Assembly (NCBI GenBank): GCA_010015585.1
Contig: ML975156.1
From: Eremomyces bilateralis CBS 781.70
Taxonomy: Eukaryota
DNA length: 64,000 nucleotides
Reading direction: 5' to 3' (one strand)
Of this stretch, positions 36,694-52,637 are shown piece by piece. Each line of letters begins with the position of its first letter. Positions within the stretch are counted from its first letter, which is position 1. The notes under the pieces are model-generated. The model was given only the letters and a program-made list of their open reading frames with translations. It searched no databases and was not told the origin of the DNA. The position numbers and the translations under genes were made by a program.

Positions 36694-39600
36694 AGCACAG
36701 CCGGCGTCAACAACAGGAGCAGAAGGTTTCCGGAAAGCCCGTCGCAAAGATACCGAAACACGCGACTGGAGAGCTGTTTGCGGATAGACGGTCTGGACGG
36801 ACTGATACGCGATGCGGCTCTCTTCCGCCTTGTTTTGATTTTTTTCCTGGACAAGCCAATTGGCACCGGAGGCGGACGAAGGACAGTGACCTGGGACTTT
36901 AGAGGGAAAAAAGAAGAACCAACGAAGGAGGGGTTTGTTGTCTGGTTACAGTTGCTCGGTGCCTGTAGCGTTGAAACTAAGACGGGTGATGCGCAGACGG
37001 ATTGAGACTTGTTCGAGCGACAGCGCCGGCAGATGTAGTTATTAAGAGGCGACAGGCTCCCCTAATCCTGGAAGGTTTCCGGGCGGCGGAACCGGCTCTG
37101 ATTGCGTGAACGACGAAGTTTGGGACCAGGCAATGCACGACCTCCACAGCCGGGATTTCGTCGAAAGTTCGAACGGGGATGGAAGGGTTTCGGGGGGGCG
37201 GCGCAAGTTGTAAAGTCTGGGAACTTGGGAAGCTAGTGGCCTTACGCGGCGACTAGATGGTGGTTTTTTTTTTGCCCGGAGGAGTTTGGCCTTGGGGGGA
37301 ATTTGGGACGGCCGCCGACGACGATGATGAACGGGACAGTCAAGGGGATTGGGATTAGGCTTAGTTGGTAGCGCGGTTTTGATGGTGATCGCTCGGTCCT
37401 AGTCGGCTCGAGAGAAGCGCAGATTGGTGGTCGGGATACTCGAGTGGACGCAGGTGCGACTTCGAGGTTGTACTGAGCTAAGAACGGGTTGGGTATGGTG
37501 GAAATCTTTCGCTACAACGGCCGAGCAGACATGGACAGTCAGAAGAGGGTCTGCAGAGGGAACTACGGCTAGCGGCAGTGAGGAATAGAAGGGAAAAAGG
37601 ACGTGCGAAAGAACTGGGAACGCAGGGCCTAAATGAAGTAATAATTGGTGAACCCTCAGTGGACTTTTGGGGTCAGTTGAGAACCAGAGATCAACGGGGG
37701 GTGGTGTCGACTATGAAGAGAGGGGACCATCGACAGGCGGTAGACCGTGGACAAGGTGATTGATGATTGACGAGTGAAGAGTGAAGCGTGAACCAAGGTG
37801 TGGACTGTGGACGTGTGTCGTGGTGAAGTGGTGGAGCAGGGGAGTTTTTGTGTGGGAGCAACCGGACCGACGTGCGAGGGCTGGGGACAGCAGGCGTGTT
37901 GTGAGTGTTTTCTGAGTCCTGACGTCTGGCTGTGCAAGACAGGGGAGTTGGAACTTGGAAGACAAACACCCAGCTCTTCAGCACAGCACTCAGATTTCAA
38001 AGGTACTCAGCAGAGTCGCGGGGGGGAGAATTGGTACAGGTACAAGCCTAATACGCGGTACACTCCACGGTACACCAGGTATTAGGTAGGGACCACCAAG
38101 GGACCGAGGAGAGGACGAGGAATTGAGCCTTGAGGAGTCGAGGACGTGATGGGAAGTGACCGCGAATTCGGGAATGGAGCAATAGGATTGGTCAGCGAGA
38201 GGACCGCGATGACCGCGATTGCCCGTCAGATAACTTAGTTAGGCCGGTACCGCTGGGAGCAAATACCGAATAATACTGAACTCGAAGGAGGAAACAGCAT
38301 GGCGATGGTGGATGGCAAATTGGGATTTTTACCAGAATGGCCAATCTCGTGTCGGAACGGAGGTGCCAAGGTGGAATTGGGGCGTTGTTTTTGGCTTCGG
38401 CTGATGATACCACCAACCCTGACCTGTCATGGTTTCCACGTAAAAATGCTCCTGTTCGGTACCTTAGGCATGGGCCATGGAACAGTTCCTTGCCACTACC
38501 TGACTCGCGGTCAAGTGACATGAATTATGAGATCATGAATTGAATTCGGGTCGGTGTTTCCGAGGCAATCTGAGGCAATTGAGTGAAGGCGAAATCTAAT
38601 GGGTACAGTACTGGGTACCTTCACTGTACAGCCATTGGGTATGATGATTCGGAGGCTGGAGGTACCGACGAAAGGTACGTACCGGTGGCTAAACGAGGAT
38701 CGCAGTAGGTAATAAGAGGTGTTAGACAAACTACAATCTACAAAAGCTTGGTAATACCCAACCAGAATTTGGGTTGGGGGTGGGGCTGGAAATCGCGACC
38801 GACCACCAGGAAAGACGCGACCAGGGGTACCGCCAGTCATGGTCCTTCCGCTTTCATTTTCGGCAGTTACTTCAATTTTACATTAGCACCCGTAACTACC
38901 TAACTAGGAAGTAAACAACTTGGATTCCGTGGAGGACAATGTGCACTGTACAGGATAAAGTAGATCGTAATTGATAATACTGAAGCCACAATTATACCAA
39001 GACTCTTAGTCAGCACCATTTAGCTCATGGCAATGTTCCTCACGCCCCAAGGCTTGGCGTCTGCCTCTCACACCGCATCCCTGCACTATCCTACATCCGT
39101 TAATCCGTTTTATTCTTCATGATCTCAATATTCCCTCCATCCTTGGGGCCTCAACCATTCATTCATTCATCAAACCACCATCTCACCCCTTAGCTTTCCT
39201 TTTCCGCTTTGAAATGGTTTCATGCTCTCGTGTATCTGCAATCCACATCCTGCAGAGCCAGCACCTCAGCCCTCACCAAACCGCATGGATGCCAATCCAA
39301 CACGTTCCTCTGTGATTGTTCATTTCATCTCCAACAGGCCGCACTGCCGCACGGCGTGTGACAAAACCACTCTAGTGAGCCTGATCGGCACCACCACCAC
39401 CACCAACAGAAGTTACACAGCGAGATATGACTGGAGACACACGACAGGGTTCCCTATCTTTCACGTCTTTGTTCAATTCGTTCTTTGTTGGCTTCGAGCA
39501 TTCGACGCGTCCCACGAGCCTCGCTTTACCCCGGTAACGAAGTGGAGTTCTGGAGAGGGTAAGCGTGTCGGAGCCCTGCGGTATTCTGGAGCAAATGATA

Positions 39601-42600
39601 GTACCACCCTCACGCGAGAGTACAAGACCCCCGATCCTGGTAGTGCCATGAGCCCCCTGCTGAGGCTCGGTCATGAAAGCTTGACCTGTGCACCGCCATA
39701 ATCCCTCCGTTCCCAATACCCATAGCGGCATGGCCATAATCAATTTATGGAATGGCTGATGGCCGCGCTCTAGCCTTGGGGACAGGCAAATGTCGAATCA
39801 TCCATTCTCAGCCACGACTTTGTCGCTTTCCACAGCGCATATACTCTATCGATACCCAATGCATGCGGAGCGTTTTCCAATGAACATTGGCCGAGTTGGC
39901 GTGGACTTTCGTGGACCAACAGGCTTTCCTCGAGGATTCATACCGGAACTCTTCGGCATGTTTGAAGCGGGGTTAGTCACAATTCACGAATGACGATGCG
40001 TGGGCAGATTCTCCTACCGAAAGAGGCATTGGAGCCTAGAGGACACCGACAGTTCACAGTTGTCGCCCGGATCATGCTCCACTTCCAGCCTGATAAATTG
40101 CAATCAGCATACGGAATAAAGCATATTGCTCTCGTTTACCCTAGATCCTGCTTCTTATTCTTATCTCCGATCCAACCACTGCAGCTCCAGCTGGAGAGCT
40201 TGGTCCTTTAACCTTTTGGAATTTGGACGATCTGCTGACGTTCTCCCATTTCCAGCCTCCTGATATTTCGCACGAAGCACCAAGCACGGGAATAGTACTC
40301 TCGTCCTTCGTGTGAGTTATGCAAGGCGGGATAAGTAAATAAACCTCCACAATCGCACATGCCGCCGAATCCCCTCCCCCCCGAGCGCGTCCACGCTCCC
40401 ACCCGGTTAAGCTCGACCAGGCCTGCTACCGTGCTACCAAATCCAGATAATCGAGGGACCAGCAAAAGCCAAAATCTCGCAAGTCGCAGCATGGATGCGT
40501 CCCGTGGATCTTGATATCGAACGGGTCGCAGTCTCACAGAGCAGAGAAAATGCGGTTCAGAGCGACGCATCACGCATGTCCCTATTTCCTAAGCGGGGAC
40601 ATTTGGACCCCCATGATTGGTTTGCACGTGGGAGCGCGTCCAGTGTCGACTCATGATTTGCCGGGAAAAAGCGGCAGAACGATTCAGCATGCCCGCCTCG
40701 CCCATTTCGCAGAAGAAGATCGAAGCTGAGGGGCGGAATAATCGGCGGCAGGGGCTCAGGGGAGCGGATTAGACAACCGCTTTCGGCGCCGGACTGGCGC
40801 CACCCAAAGCTTTTCTCTTCCTTCACCTTCACATCATGCATGACTTCCTGACTCCTGTTCGTCGGCCGCTTTGTAGAACGTGGGGCTCGGTCTCGGCCCC
40901 TTGAGGGCAGTCGGATGCTATTATGCTGCATTGGAGTATTATGTATCGTCAAAATGGTCGGGCAACGTTATAAAAGATGGCGATTTGGAAGATTGTGCAA
41001 TGTCTGGCATTGGTAAGCGATTCATGTTCACAGCAAACACTGGAGAGTACCAATAGGGCGACTTGGACCCTCAACATCCATCTCAATGATATTCCGTCCA
41101 CCCTACTTTTCGCATCGTGGTTCGTCAAGAGTCAAGACTGCCACGATTGGCGTATCCAGTAAATATTCCGTCCTCTCAGTTTCTATCAAGATTCAAGTGT
41201 CAAAGAACCAAGCTTTATGGTCGCATTGCACAAAAACGGTCCTTCGGTTCTCAGCCATGGCCCGTTCCTGGACCTGTCGACTTGGTCTGAGTTGGTACCG
41301 ACGCTACAACCGTGCAACGTACTGTCAGGGTACCGGGATTACGTTCGGTGAAATCTCGTATTGGGTGGGGTCGGGGATTTAGAGCTGACTAACTAAAGCA
41401 CCGGGGAGAGGTGGGTGACATTGAGATCCTAAATACATGTATAATGCGCCGATGCAATTCGTAAGGACGGTAATTGTTCTCTGCAGTAAAGCCATCATGA
41501 TCACGCTTCCTTTGATCCAAGAGTAACATAGTAGGAAAGGTACTTAAGATATGTGACGACAGAGGTTACCTCCCGTAGTATTTTGATATTCGTCCATCTG
41601 ATACAGCTAAGATACAAGGCATGTCCCACGGGCCACGAGGCCACGACACTTGAACCATGACCACCTTGACCGGTAGCTTACAGGGTACTTAGCTCGTCCT
41701 AGCCACTCCAAATGCCCGACAGACGATCCGCGATATCCTTATCCAATCTCCATTGAAATTCGATTCCTGCAGCGAATCTCGGAGCATCAGAATGACCTCG
41801 TGACTCCAATTGCGCAAAACTTCCGGTTGGACCTGACAACTTCGTAACTTCGTAACTTCTGACCTAAACTCGGCTCCCAGAGGCACAACTTACCTAAATC
41901 ATTCCGCGGATTATGGGTCCATCGGCCCATGGCCACGCGGAACAGGTCGACCTTGGATGTCCTAGTGCACTAGGCGGCTCTAGCTAACCGGGCTTGCGCT
42001 CGGCGATAGAACCAGACTAGGGGGTTCTGGAACGACTAGCACGAGAATACTAAACCCCACGGTACGAAGGAAGAGTATCATCGCGATCTAGACACGTCAC
42101 AAGGAAGCCGCTGTCGCTCCTCCTCGGAGCCGATTCACATCTTCGGACCATCAGTCACCCGAAGTGGCAAAGTATCGTGTATCGAAGATTGACCTTGAGA
42201 ATTGGAGTTGGCAATTTGATATTGTACGACAGTATGGCGGTTAGCAAAGCTGGTCGGCAAATACATCTCTGCCCCGCAATCCATCCCACCCTCACTAGGT
42301 TCATACCTTGTATTGCATACAAGATTTAGCCGAATGACTTCGAATCCTTTCTTGCAGGCTGACGGCCAGGGCGTACATAGTAGGGTGTCAGCGACTTAGC
42401 GCTCGGTCTTATATTGATGTAGCGACATATTGCAGTCGTGGACCCTATCAAAGGTGTTAATACACAGGAGAAGGTTCCCGTCCTTGCCGTTAAATCATCC
42501 GTCCACTGGCCAAGCAGTGGTGGAGATGCCTACTGGAATCGATGGCTGTCCGCCAACACGACGGGTGTACGGGACCACCCGGTCGGGGCAAGGGAGACAA

Positions 42601-45600
42601 AGCCTTCGTAGTTTGTACTTCTGCCGTCTGCACTCGGCCGAACAATCTCGCCTTCCAAATTTCGTCTAATCACAATATGTTAGCGTCCGTCGGTGAGCAC
42701 GTGGCCGCCATCGTGTCGTTGAATTTAAAGTTTTCGATGGACGCGCTGACATCCAGGATTCGTACTCCGTAGGGTGTGATAGGACTCGGAGCGAACAATG
42801 GCTGCAACGTCACTCCGACTTTGGATATTCCACTTCATATGGAAATCCCTCTGCCGTTCCATCGTCTTCTCTGACAGAGGGGACAGCGATGCTGGCAGCC
42901 TGCTCCGTGGAAACCCATGTTCCCCCTGTTCCACCAGTACTTATGAGTACTTATGACTCGCCTTGTCTCGCACAGCACCCCTAGAGCGACGGTACCATCC
43001 GACTTCATTCCTGATGCCCCCTTGACATCCAGGGTTACCTCATGGGGGCCAGGGCAAATGCCGAAAGAGGTTGTGCCGTGAAACGTCTTGATCCGTGTCG
43101 AAAGGAGAAATTCTCTCCAGAACTTCATCCGAGATATCAATCTTGTGCTGCAACTACGAATATAAATATGCCTTTGAAGGGGTCCAGAGGTAAGGGTTTG
43201 GTGGCTCATTGGCTGGTAATGACCAAACCAGTTGTAGTTTAGTCGTTAGCACCAGATCCCTAACGGTCGAACCAGGTAGCTATGAGGCTCGGAATTTAGC
43301 TGCTTGATTGTTGGATGCCGCTAACTTAGCACGAATCCAGCATCAAGGTTGCACTTGTGTAGGCGAAACCGTTGAATGAGGATACGCTAATATTCCCGAT
43401 GAGTAAGTTAGTAGTTCTTATACATAACTAAGTTAGTAGGCAAGTAAGTTTGGTACTTAAGCATTGGCGGAGAATGGAAATGGAACTCGCTCCGTCCGAC
43501 TCTCAACTTCACATCGTGAACCATATCTCCAAATATTCGGAGACTTTTTCCGAAACCTGGAACATTCGATTGAAATTGAAGGGCACATGCGTCGTGACCG
43601 CCATGACATCGAGCATAACATGTGCTTTTGGACAGGCACCTGGAAATCTGCCCTACATCACGGATGATGATGCATGGGGGGGACTGAAGAGCAAGGGGAT
43701 CAAGTGATCAACCGTTTCATTCCACAGTGAGAAGAGTCGCGCGGTCTGCATACGGGTTGGGTGCTTCCAGCATCATTTATATGAGCTGATCGCTGATATG
43801 GTGGTATTATTACACATGCGAACACGTACGGAATACTCCAGCGGTTCATTGATTGATTTCATGCCCTCAACCTAGATGCACTCCAAAGTCTTCAACAACA
43901 TTATTATGCATACTCCAGAGGGAAGCAAATGCCGTTGTTTCCTGTTGAGTGCCGTCTTATTTTTACCCTCTTAAATCTACGCCTCAAGGTTGGGAGCAGT
44001 ATGGGTGCTTTCGGGACGAGATGAAGTGTATTTTCATCGTTCAACCTGCAAATCAGATACTTAATCGAACCAAAGATGCGAACATCTGTCGACACGTTTA
44101 CTCCGAGTCACCATCCGATTGGACAAAGTTAAGCACAATGGCGCGTCCAAATACCCAGCATATTCTTGTAGGTTTGCAGTCTGAAATCTGCATGTCGCAT
44201 GAGCGAGGGCGGTGTTCAAAATATGCGAGGCCTTGACTCATCCATTGTCAATCCGAGCCTCTCGCCAAATGGTGGGCTTAAGGAGTGGGAGCAGCGGCAG
44301 CACATCTCGAAGCACAGGACGGTAGAACGGCAGGATTCCCCCTTGTCGACGGTCCATTGCGAATGCAGAAATCCCGGCGGTAAAACAGGCTCTCGGAAAA
44401 TGCATATTATCCCGGCATCGGTGGTCTATGCTTGTTTACTTTTTTTATTCGCATCGCGCACGCATCCGACAGCCTATCATTGGGTCATTCATCGTTCAAT
44501 CGGATGCGGGGTGATGGAGGGATTCGGTGAAGTCTTTGGTCCCATGGGCCTCATTGGATCAATTCCGAGCGTACATGGAGTACATGCACTCACTATGCAG
44601 ACAAAATGGATAAAGTAAGTACGTATTTTCGATACAGAATTTCAAAGACTACCAGGAATCAGGAACTGTAGAAAAGATCCGCAGGACTCGACGTCGATAT
44701 TAACAGCAAGGCCTCCGGATGCCGGATGTTTGTATTACGACCGACGACAGTTGTACTATGTATGGCTCAGCCCTCGGTTTGCCCAAGCGAAGAATAAAAC
44801 GTGAGAAACTACTAAATATGCTCGCCTGTAAAATATCACTGATGAAAAAACCCAGCAAATGTGTGGGCGTCCCTTGAAGAGTTCAATCATCAATGATCAC
44901 CTCGACACGAACTCACGATGTTGACGGTCAACAGGAGCTGCAAGTCCCGCCAAAATTGGGCATGTTAGCCTCCGCAGTCCGCACCAGGTCAACATTGATC
45001 GGCGCCTTGCGAAATAAAACATTAAAACCCCACGGGTGCCGCGTATGCCTTCTCCAACCAGCGCAATGCACGCCCGTCATTCGAACGACATGCATGGATT
45101 CATGAGCGCATGACGGTGTTCAGGGCAGCGTGCGAAAAAGAACACGAGGTATCGACCATAGCCGTCACACAGAAATTGGTGCTGTAATCAAAAAGGCGCC
45201 CCCGCGGAGTGCCCACCTGAGCGTGGCGGCACCTGGGCTAGAAAATGTAAAGCGGTCAAATACCGGATCACTCGGGACGGTCCAGGAGCGCGAAAAGGAA
45301 AGGGGGCCGGATGATTGGCGGTCGCGTCGAATATCCCAAGCCTGGTTCGCCTGGGAGGGCCTGTCGTTGTCAGCATCTGACAATGGACGATAGCGGCGGC
45401 AGGGCGCTCGGACGATCGCGCTTTAACCGGATTCGCCTAGTCCGTGCTCGTCTCGGCCAGATGGCTTTCAGCCTCTTCTCATCTCGTGCATGAGGTCAAG
45501 GGGGGATGACGGACGCGCAGACATGGTCGGTCAGGATTTCGCTTCCAAGGGTTGGACACATGCATTCGAGACGGAGCAGGATGACAGGAACCACCACGGC

Positions 45601-46579
45601 GAGGACGCAAGTCAGGGAGTACGAGTAAGATGGATACAGCGCTGGATTTCATCCAGCATCGGATATAACTCCCCAGCAACTGGACCTTGCACGTTGTTAC
45701 ATCCAGAAACGGGGCAGTTCATTTCGGCCATATTCTGGGCCCTCGTCTCATAAATTCGCCGAAACGATACCCAACAAAGATTCCCCGTACCCTTTTTCTC
45801 GGCTCTCGTTTAGCAGCGGTTCTCCCGCTTCCAGCCAATTACTGATAGCCACGAATGGGACTCGCGGGACCCGTGAAGGTCGGATCGTGAATGAGTTTGT
45901 CAGTCGGAAGTCTGGACGCTGCCCCTTCGAAAGGATGGTCCGGATGTGGGCGTGAGGTTCAGTTCCATCGTCCCATTGCCATATTCCCGGCTTCAATTTC
46001 CGTTGGCTCTTGGGTTCCACCCTAATGTTCCATATCCTGTCCCAATTAAGAGACTGAAATGTTATCCTCGTGGGAACTGGCGGTGAGGGCGAGTGGTCAC
46101 AGGGGCATCAGACAGCATTGCCTTCGGAGCAAAGCGAGGTGGGCATTATGATGTGGAGTGGGTTGAATCCTCGAGAGGTCGAGGTATTTGGAACCAAACT
46201 ATAAGCTCATGCGTGATACAAAAAAAAATTCACCACTAAGGAACTGTCAAAGGACTATTGAAATAATCACGATACTTTTTGATCCGCCCCATCATCTCAA
46301 GCAGAGATAAAAGGAGTGCTCTATCTAAGTCTGTCTGAAAGCGAGCTGAACGAAGTCAACTCAGGACCTGAAGGGCCCGAATAACCCGATATGAAAGGTT
46401 GAATGCTGATCCTTGCTATTACCACGGTTGAAAAGACATCTATACCATTCAGATCTATGCTTCTCGGAATCACCGCGAAGTCAAACGGCAAATACTATTC
46501 CTTTGATCAAACTCCAGGGACGCCACTGTCGATCTATCGGCTGCTGCTGTGAGCTGTCTGCAGGTCAGTGGTGAACCGT

Positions 46580-48998
<2,419 letters not shown>

Positions 48999-49301
48999 GA
49001 TGTGCGAAACGAAAGGGAAATGAGTTCCTGAAGTGTCGCGGAGTTCGGAAGACGGTTGTGAGAAAAAGTCTCGAGTTAAGGGGTCCTAAAAAATGGATGT
49101 GTGATGGAAGGGATCGAGTACTAGACAGATCTCCAAATCTCGAGAAAATTCTCAGGCACTGGTGATCACAGGTACAACGAGAGAAATGGGTTGAATGAGA
49201 GAAAAGGTTGGGTGATGGAAGTGAGATTGGGAGAAGATGAAAACAGGAAGTCAAAGAGGTAGTAAAGTCTGCAGCAGGCTGAGTTTCCGAAGGGGCGACT
49301 G

Positions 49302-49314
49302 AACAAATTTTTTT
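49302..49314. promoter_or_regulatory. RRPE-like element upstream of DBP2
   Basis: AACAAATTTTTTT about 300 bp upstream of the ATG of a ribosome-biogenesis gene; it matches the AAAWTTTT consensus. Confidence 0.4.
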
Positions 49315-50131
49315 GGTTGGAAGAACCGTTAGGCCATCAGGCCGCTAGGCTACTATAACGCTAGGCTGCAATCTCGGTCGTCTTGGCATCCACTGTCCGC
49401 CAAACGGATCGAGCAACCAGTCAACCACCACATTCCCAATTCACTGCACGCTCACTTCACACTTCACCTTCTCTGAAATAGTGAAACTTCATCCGTTCCC
49501 TGGTCTTGCTCGATTCGGTGTTCATTTGGTTACAACTGTGCTGCTGGCTTCATCAAATTTAGGATCTGATATGAGGATATCATTTCCCACTATCGTCATC
49601 ATCATCTTCGGGGTCAGTATATAATACGAGATAGCTTGTCCACCATAGAGAAACCACGTGAGTGTTACATCGGTACCCTACAACGCGCTAGAAATTCGAA
49701 TGAGTTCTTTGGCTTTTAGAAGGCGTTCAAATCTGATATTGATTCCTATTTCCTGCCAATATCAACTGAAAAGACCACATGCAAGCATTCATAACCATCG
49801 GATCCTTGTAATTACAGATTGAGCAGCATCCTTGTCGATATATATGTGAATCAGTCATGATCCCATCCCTGCCCTATGTTTGGGACTGTATAGGTGCATA
49901 TTCTTTGGTAAGAGGATATGTTCTCAAGCAGGTCACGTGGTCCTTGTTGAGGCAGTCGTCAATGCTACCAGATGCTCGCTCCAGTTTCGTCGAGGCACTA
50001 CTGAGAGTACCTACTGTACCGTTTTCTTATTGCATGAAATATCTTCTCCAGCATATACAGTTTCTCTACCACGCTGTGGGACAATAGAGTTATTCAACCG
50101 TGTGCTTTCCGGTTGGCCGATGCTCCAGCAG

Positions 50132-52244
50132 TTAGATCCCCCCTGAACCCATCTCCCAGAAACCGATTTCCATCTATCGATTCATTAGCCTGGACTCGTG
50201 GGTGCTCGGCAGAAGTTAATCGCCGTTCCGCTTACCTTCGTGGCATGAATGAAGATAGCCACTAGTTCTTCCACGCGGCTAGGAGACAGCTTCGTCGCGT
50301 GCTCCTCGATCAGTGCTGTTGACTGTCAGTGCTGTAGCTACTGTTGGATCGCGGTTACACACCTCTCCCCTGCCTCACAGCATCTTGATAATCCGGTCCG
50401 GCGTATTGCTCAATCCACTGATAGTACTGGTTGGCCTCTTGGACCGTGTCCGGGTGCGCTATCAAGCGAGTTGCAATGACGCCGTAGCCGAGAAGACAAG
50501 GCAGAAGTGCAATCTGCAGCGCCAACCAGTCCTCGGAATGTCCAACATCCAAGACATATCTAAGCGGACGACAGTCAGACTTGATGGAATGCCCTTTCCA
50601 GGAGAAACCTTACCTAGTATATGCAGTACATGCTGGTTCCCTGTTAATTTGTGCTCGAGACTGATCGAAAAGGTCTTCCACTTGCCTTGGCTTTCTTCGG
50701 CCCTTTCAATATCTGATTTAGACAACCCATATTCCTCACAGAAAGTGATATGGAGAGCGGTCTCCCTCTGGATGTCTGCAACAGCGTTGACTGCCTGTGA
50801 TATGTACCCGTCAGTAGCTAATCGCCACTCATCCGTCCATTTCATACCTGTTGAATGTCAGCCAAGGTCTTCGCCTTATATGCCGCTAGTGCATTGGCCC
50901 GGGCAAATTGTATCTAATAATCAGCGGATATCGAGGCGTTCAGGATAGTGTGGACATACGAGAAAGAGATAGTCTTGTACCAGGTAATGGTTGAACCTTG
51001 CCTTGTCGAGGGAGCCTCTTGCAAGTTGCATCACGAAGTCGTGTTGGACATGCTGGGCCCAAGGCTCCCTCACATCGGCGCGTTCTAGGATATAATCGAT
51101 GAAATAGCCCCTAGTCTCAATTAACCGATCATCCTCAATGTAGTACCCGTGCTGTTTCGGACTTACGGAGCAAATGGCAGCGAATATGTCGAGTGGAAAT
51201 GGTTTATCGGCCCACTTCCCTTTCCAATGTTTTGGCTGGTTTTGATACCGACTTCCACAAAGCGGCAAGCGGCCTTCACTGCTTCCGGGACTCCTTTCCC
51301 AAGTGCCAGATTGGACGCGATTGCAGCTAAATGCCAGTCAAGATTGGAACTGAACGTGGTGAATCCTCTACTCACAAGCGAGCGAACACCCTGTGCCGTG
51401 AGTATTATTAGACGTCGAGTATAGTGAGCGTATAATCAACGGCTCGTCTCCACCGACGAGGATATCGGTGACGATTTCTCGTTCCGAATCAGTCCTCGCA
51501 GTGACTAGGCCCTCTGTCAACGGAGCGTGGCCGCCTTTGAGAAGGACGTACTTCGGCCCGAGTCCTTGGACCAGTCTCGCCAGCTCAACCAAGCTATCGA
51601 TATTCTCGATCCCAGGCGCTTGTTTGCCTGCAACCGCAAGTAGCGCCTGCGCCTCGGGGACATTGGGAGTCAATATCGTGGCCAGGGGAAGCATCCGAGA
51701 GACCAAGATCTTGACAGCTGACTCCGGAAGTAATTTTGATCCAGTTGTCGCTACCATAACCTGGGGAAGTTTAATTCCAGTTGATGATGCTCAAGTGATG
51801 AAGTACTCACTGGGTCGATGACAGCTGATACAGTCGGAAGGCTTTGCAGGGCATCGCATATGACATTTATGGCTGCTTCGGAGGCCACCATACCTAGATA
51901 AAAAGATTAATCATGGATTTTCGAACTCAGATCATTGGGAGAACTACCTGTCTTCACAATATCGACCCCAATATCCTCCACGCAAGCAGCGATTTGCTGA
52001 CGCAGGAAGTCCGGGGGCGTCTCGTGGATGGCTCTGACCCCCATCGTATTCTGGGCGGTCAAAGCCGTTGTCGCTGTCATTGCATAACATCCATGAGCGG
52101 CGATGGTTTTTTGGTCGGCCTCTAATCCCCTGCAAGTTTATCGTCGAACATCAGCGATCAGGACATCAATGGCGGGATCGAGGGGATCACGTACGCCCCG
52201 CCAGAGCTGTCGGAACCAGCAATTACTAGGATTCGGCGGTTCAT
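50132..52244 (-). CDS. THI20: Hydroxymethylpyrimidine/phosphomethylpyrimidine kinase fused to a TenA (thiaminase II) domain
   Basis: MNRRILVIAGSDSSGGA, DPVMVATTG, LLKGGH, NTHGTGCSLA, GSGPINHFH; TenA motifs YLVQDYLFL, ACTAYTRYVLDVG, LLPCLLGY, EIGFWEM. Many short introns. Confidence 0.92.
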
Positions 52245-52637
52245 GACGGTTGATTTGAGACTAGATGTGACCGGATTACTTCATTTTAATAAAATACGAT
52301 AGATGCGAATGGGGAATACGGGATGGTGGAGGGGCAAGTTATAGGGTATTTTGATATTTTCATTCTGTTTCCCATGGAGCTCTGATCCATGCCAGGGCTC
52401 CACTTGATATAAAAATACGAAATCATACCCCAATATTATTTTCGAAGACGTTCTGTTCGTGACAATTTATTGAGTAAGAAATTGACATCCGTCTGGTCGT
52501 CCTCGCCTCAAAACAATAGATACTTCAGGAGTCCCGCATTTTCACCCCAAACTCCCAATAAAAGCCTATATCCATGCCGCGGACCTCGCGACATCCCTAG
52601 AATTTTGTTTCATTCCCCGCCGGTAGTTTAAACATGT

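Noticed and set aside
38900..44620. Short ORFs in the con7-DBP2 intergenic region (e.g. 39222-39701, 44199-44618)
   Set aside because: No recognisable domains, codon bias or consistent splice structure.
43000..46500. Telomerase RNA as the identity of the structured block
   Set aside because: I found no TAACCCTAA-type 1.5-repeat template on either strand, and could not identify a pseudoknot or 3' processing signal.
52370..52405. TPP riboswitch upstream of THI20 (CTGATCCATGCCAG inside a TGGAGC/GCTCCA stem)
   Set aside because: It is on the wrong strand for THI20, has no linked CTGAGA J2/3 motif, and is too short for P4/P5.
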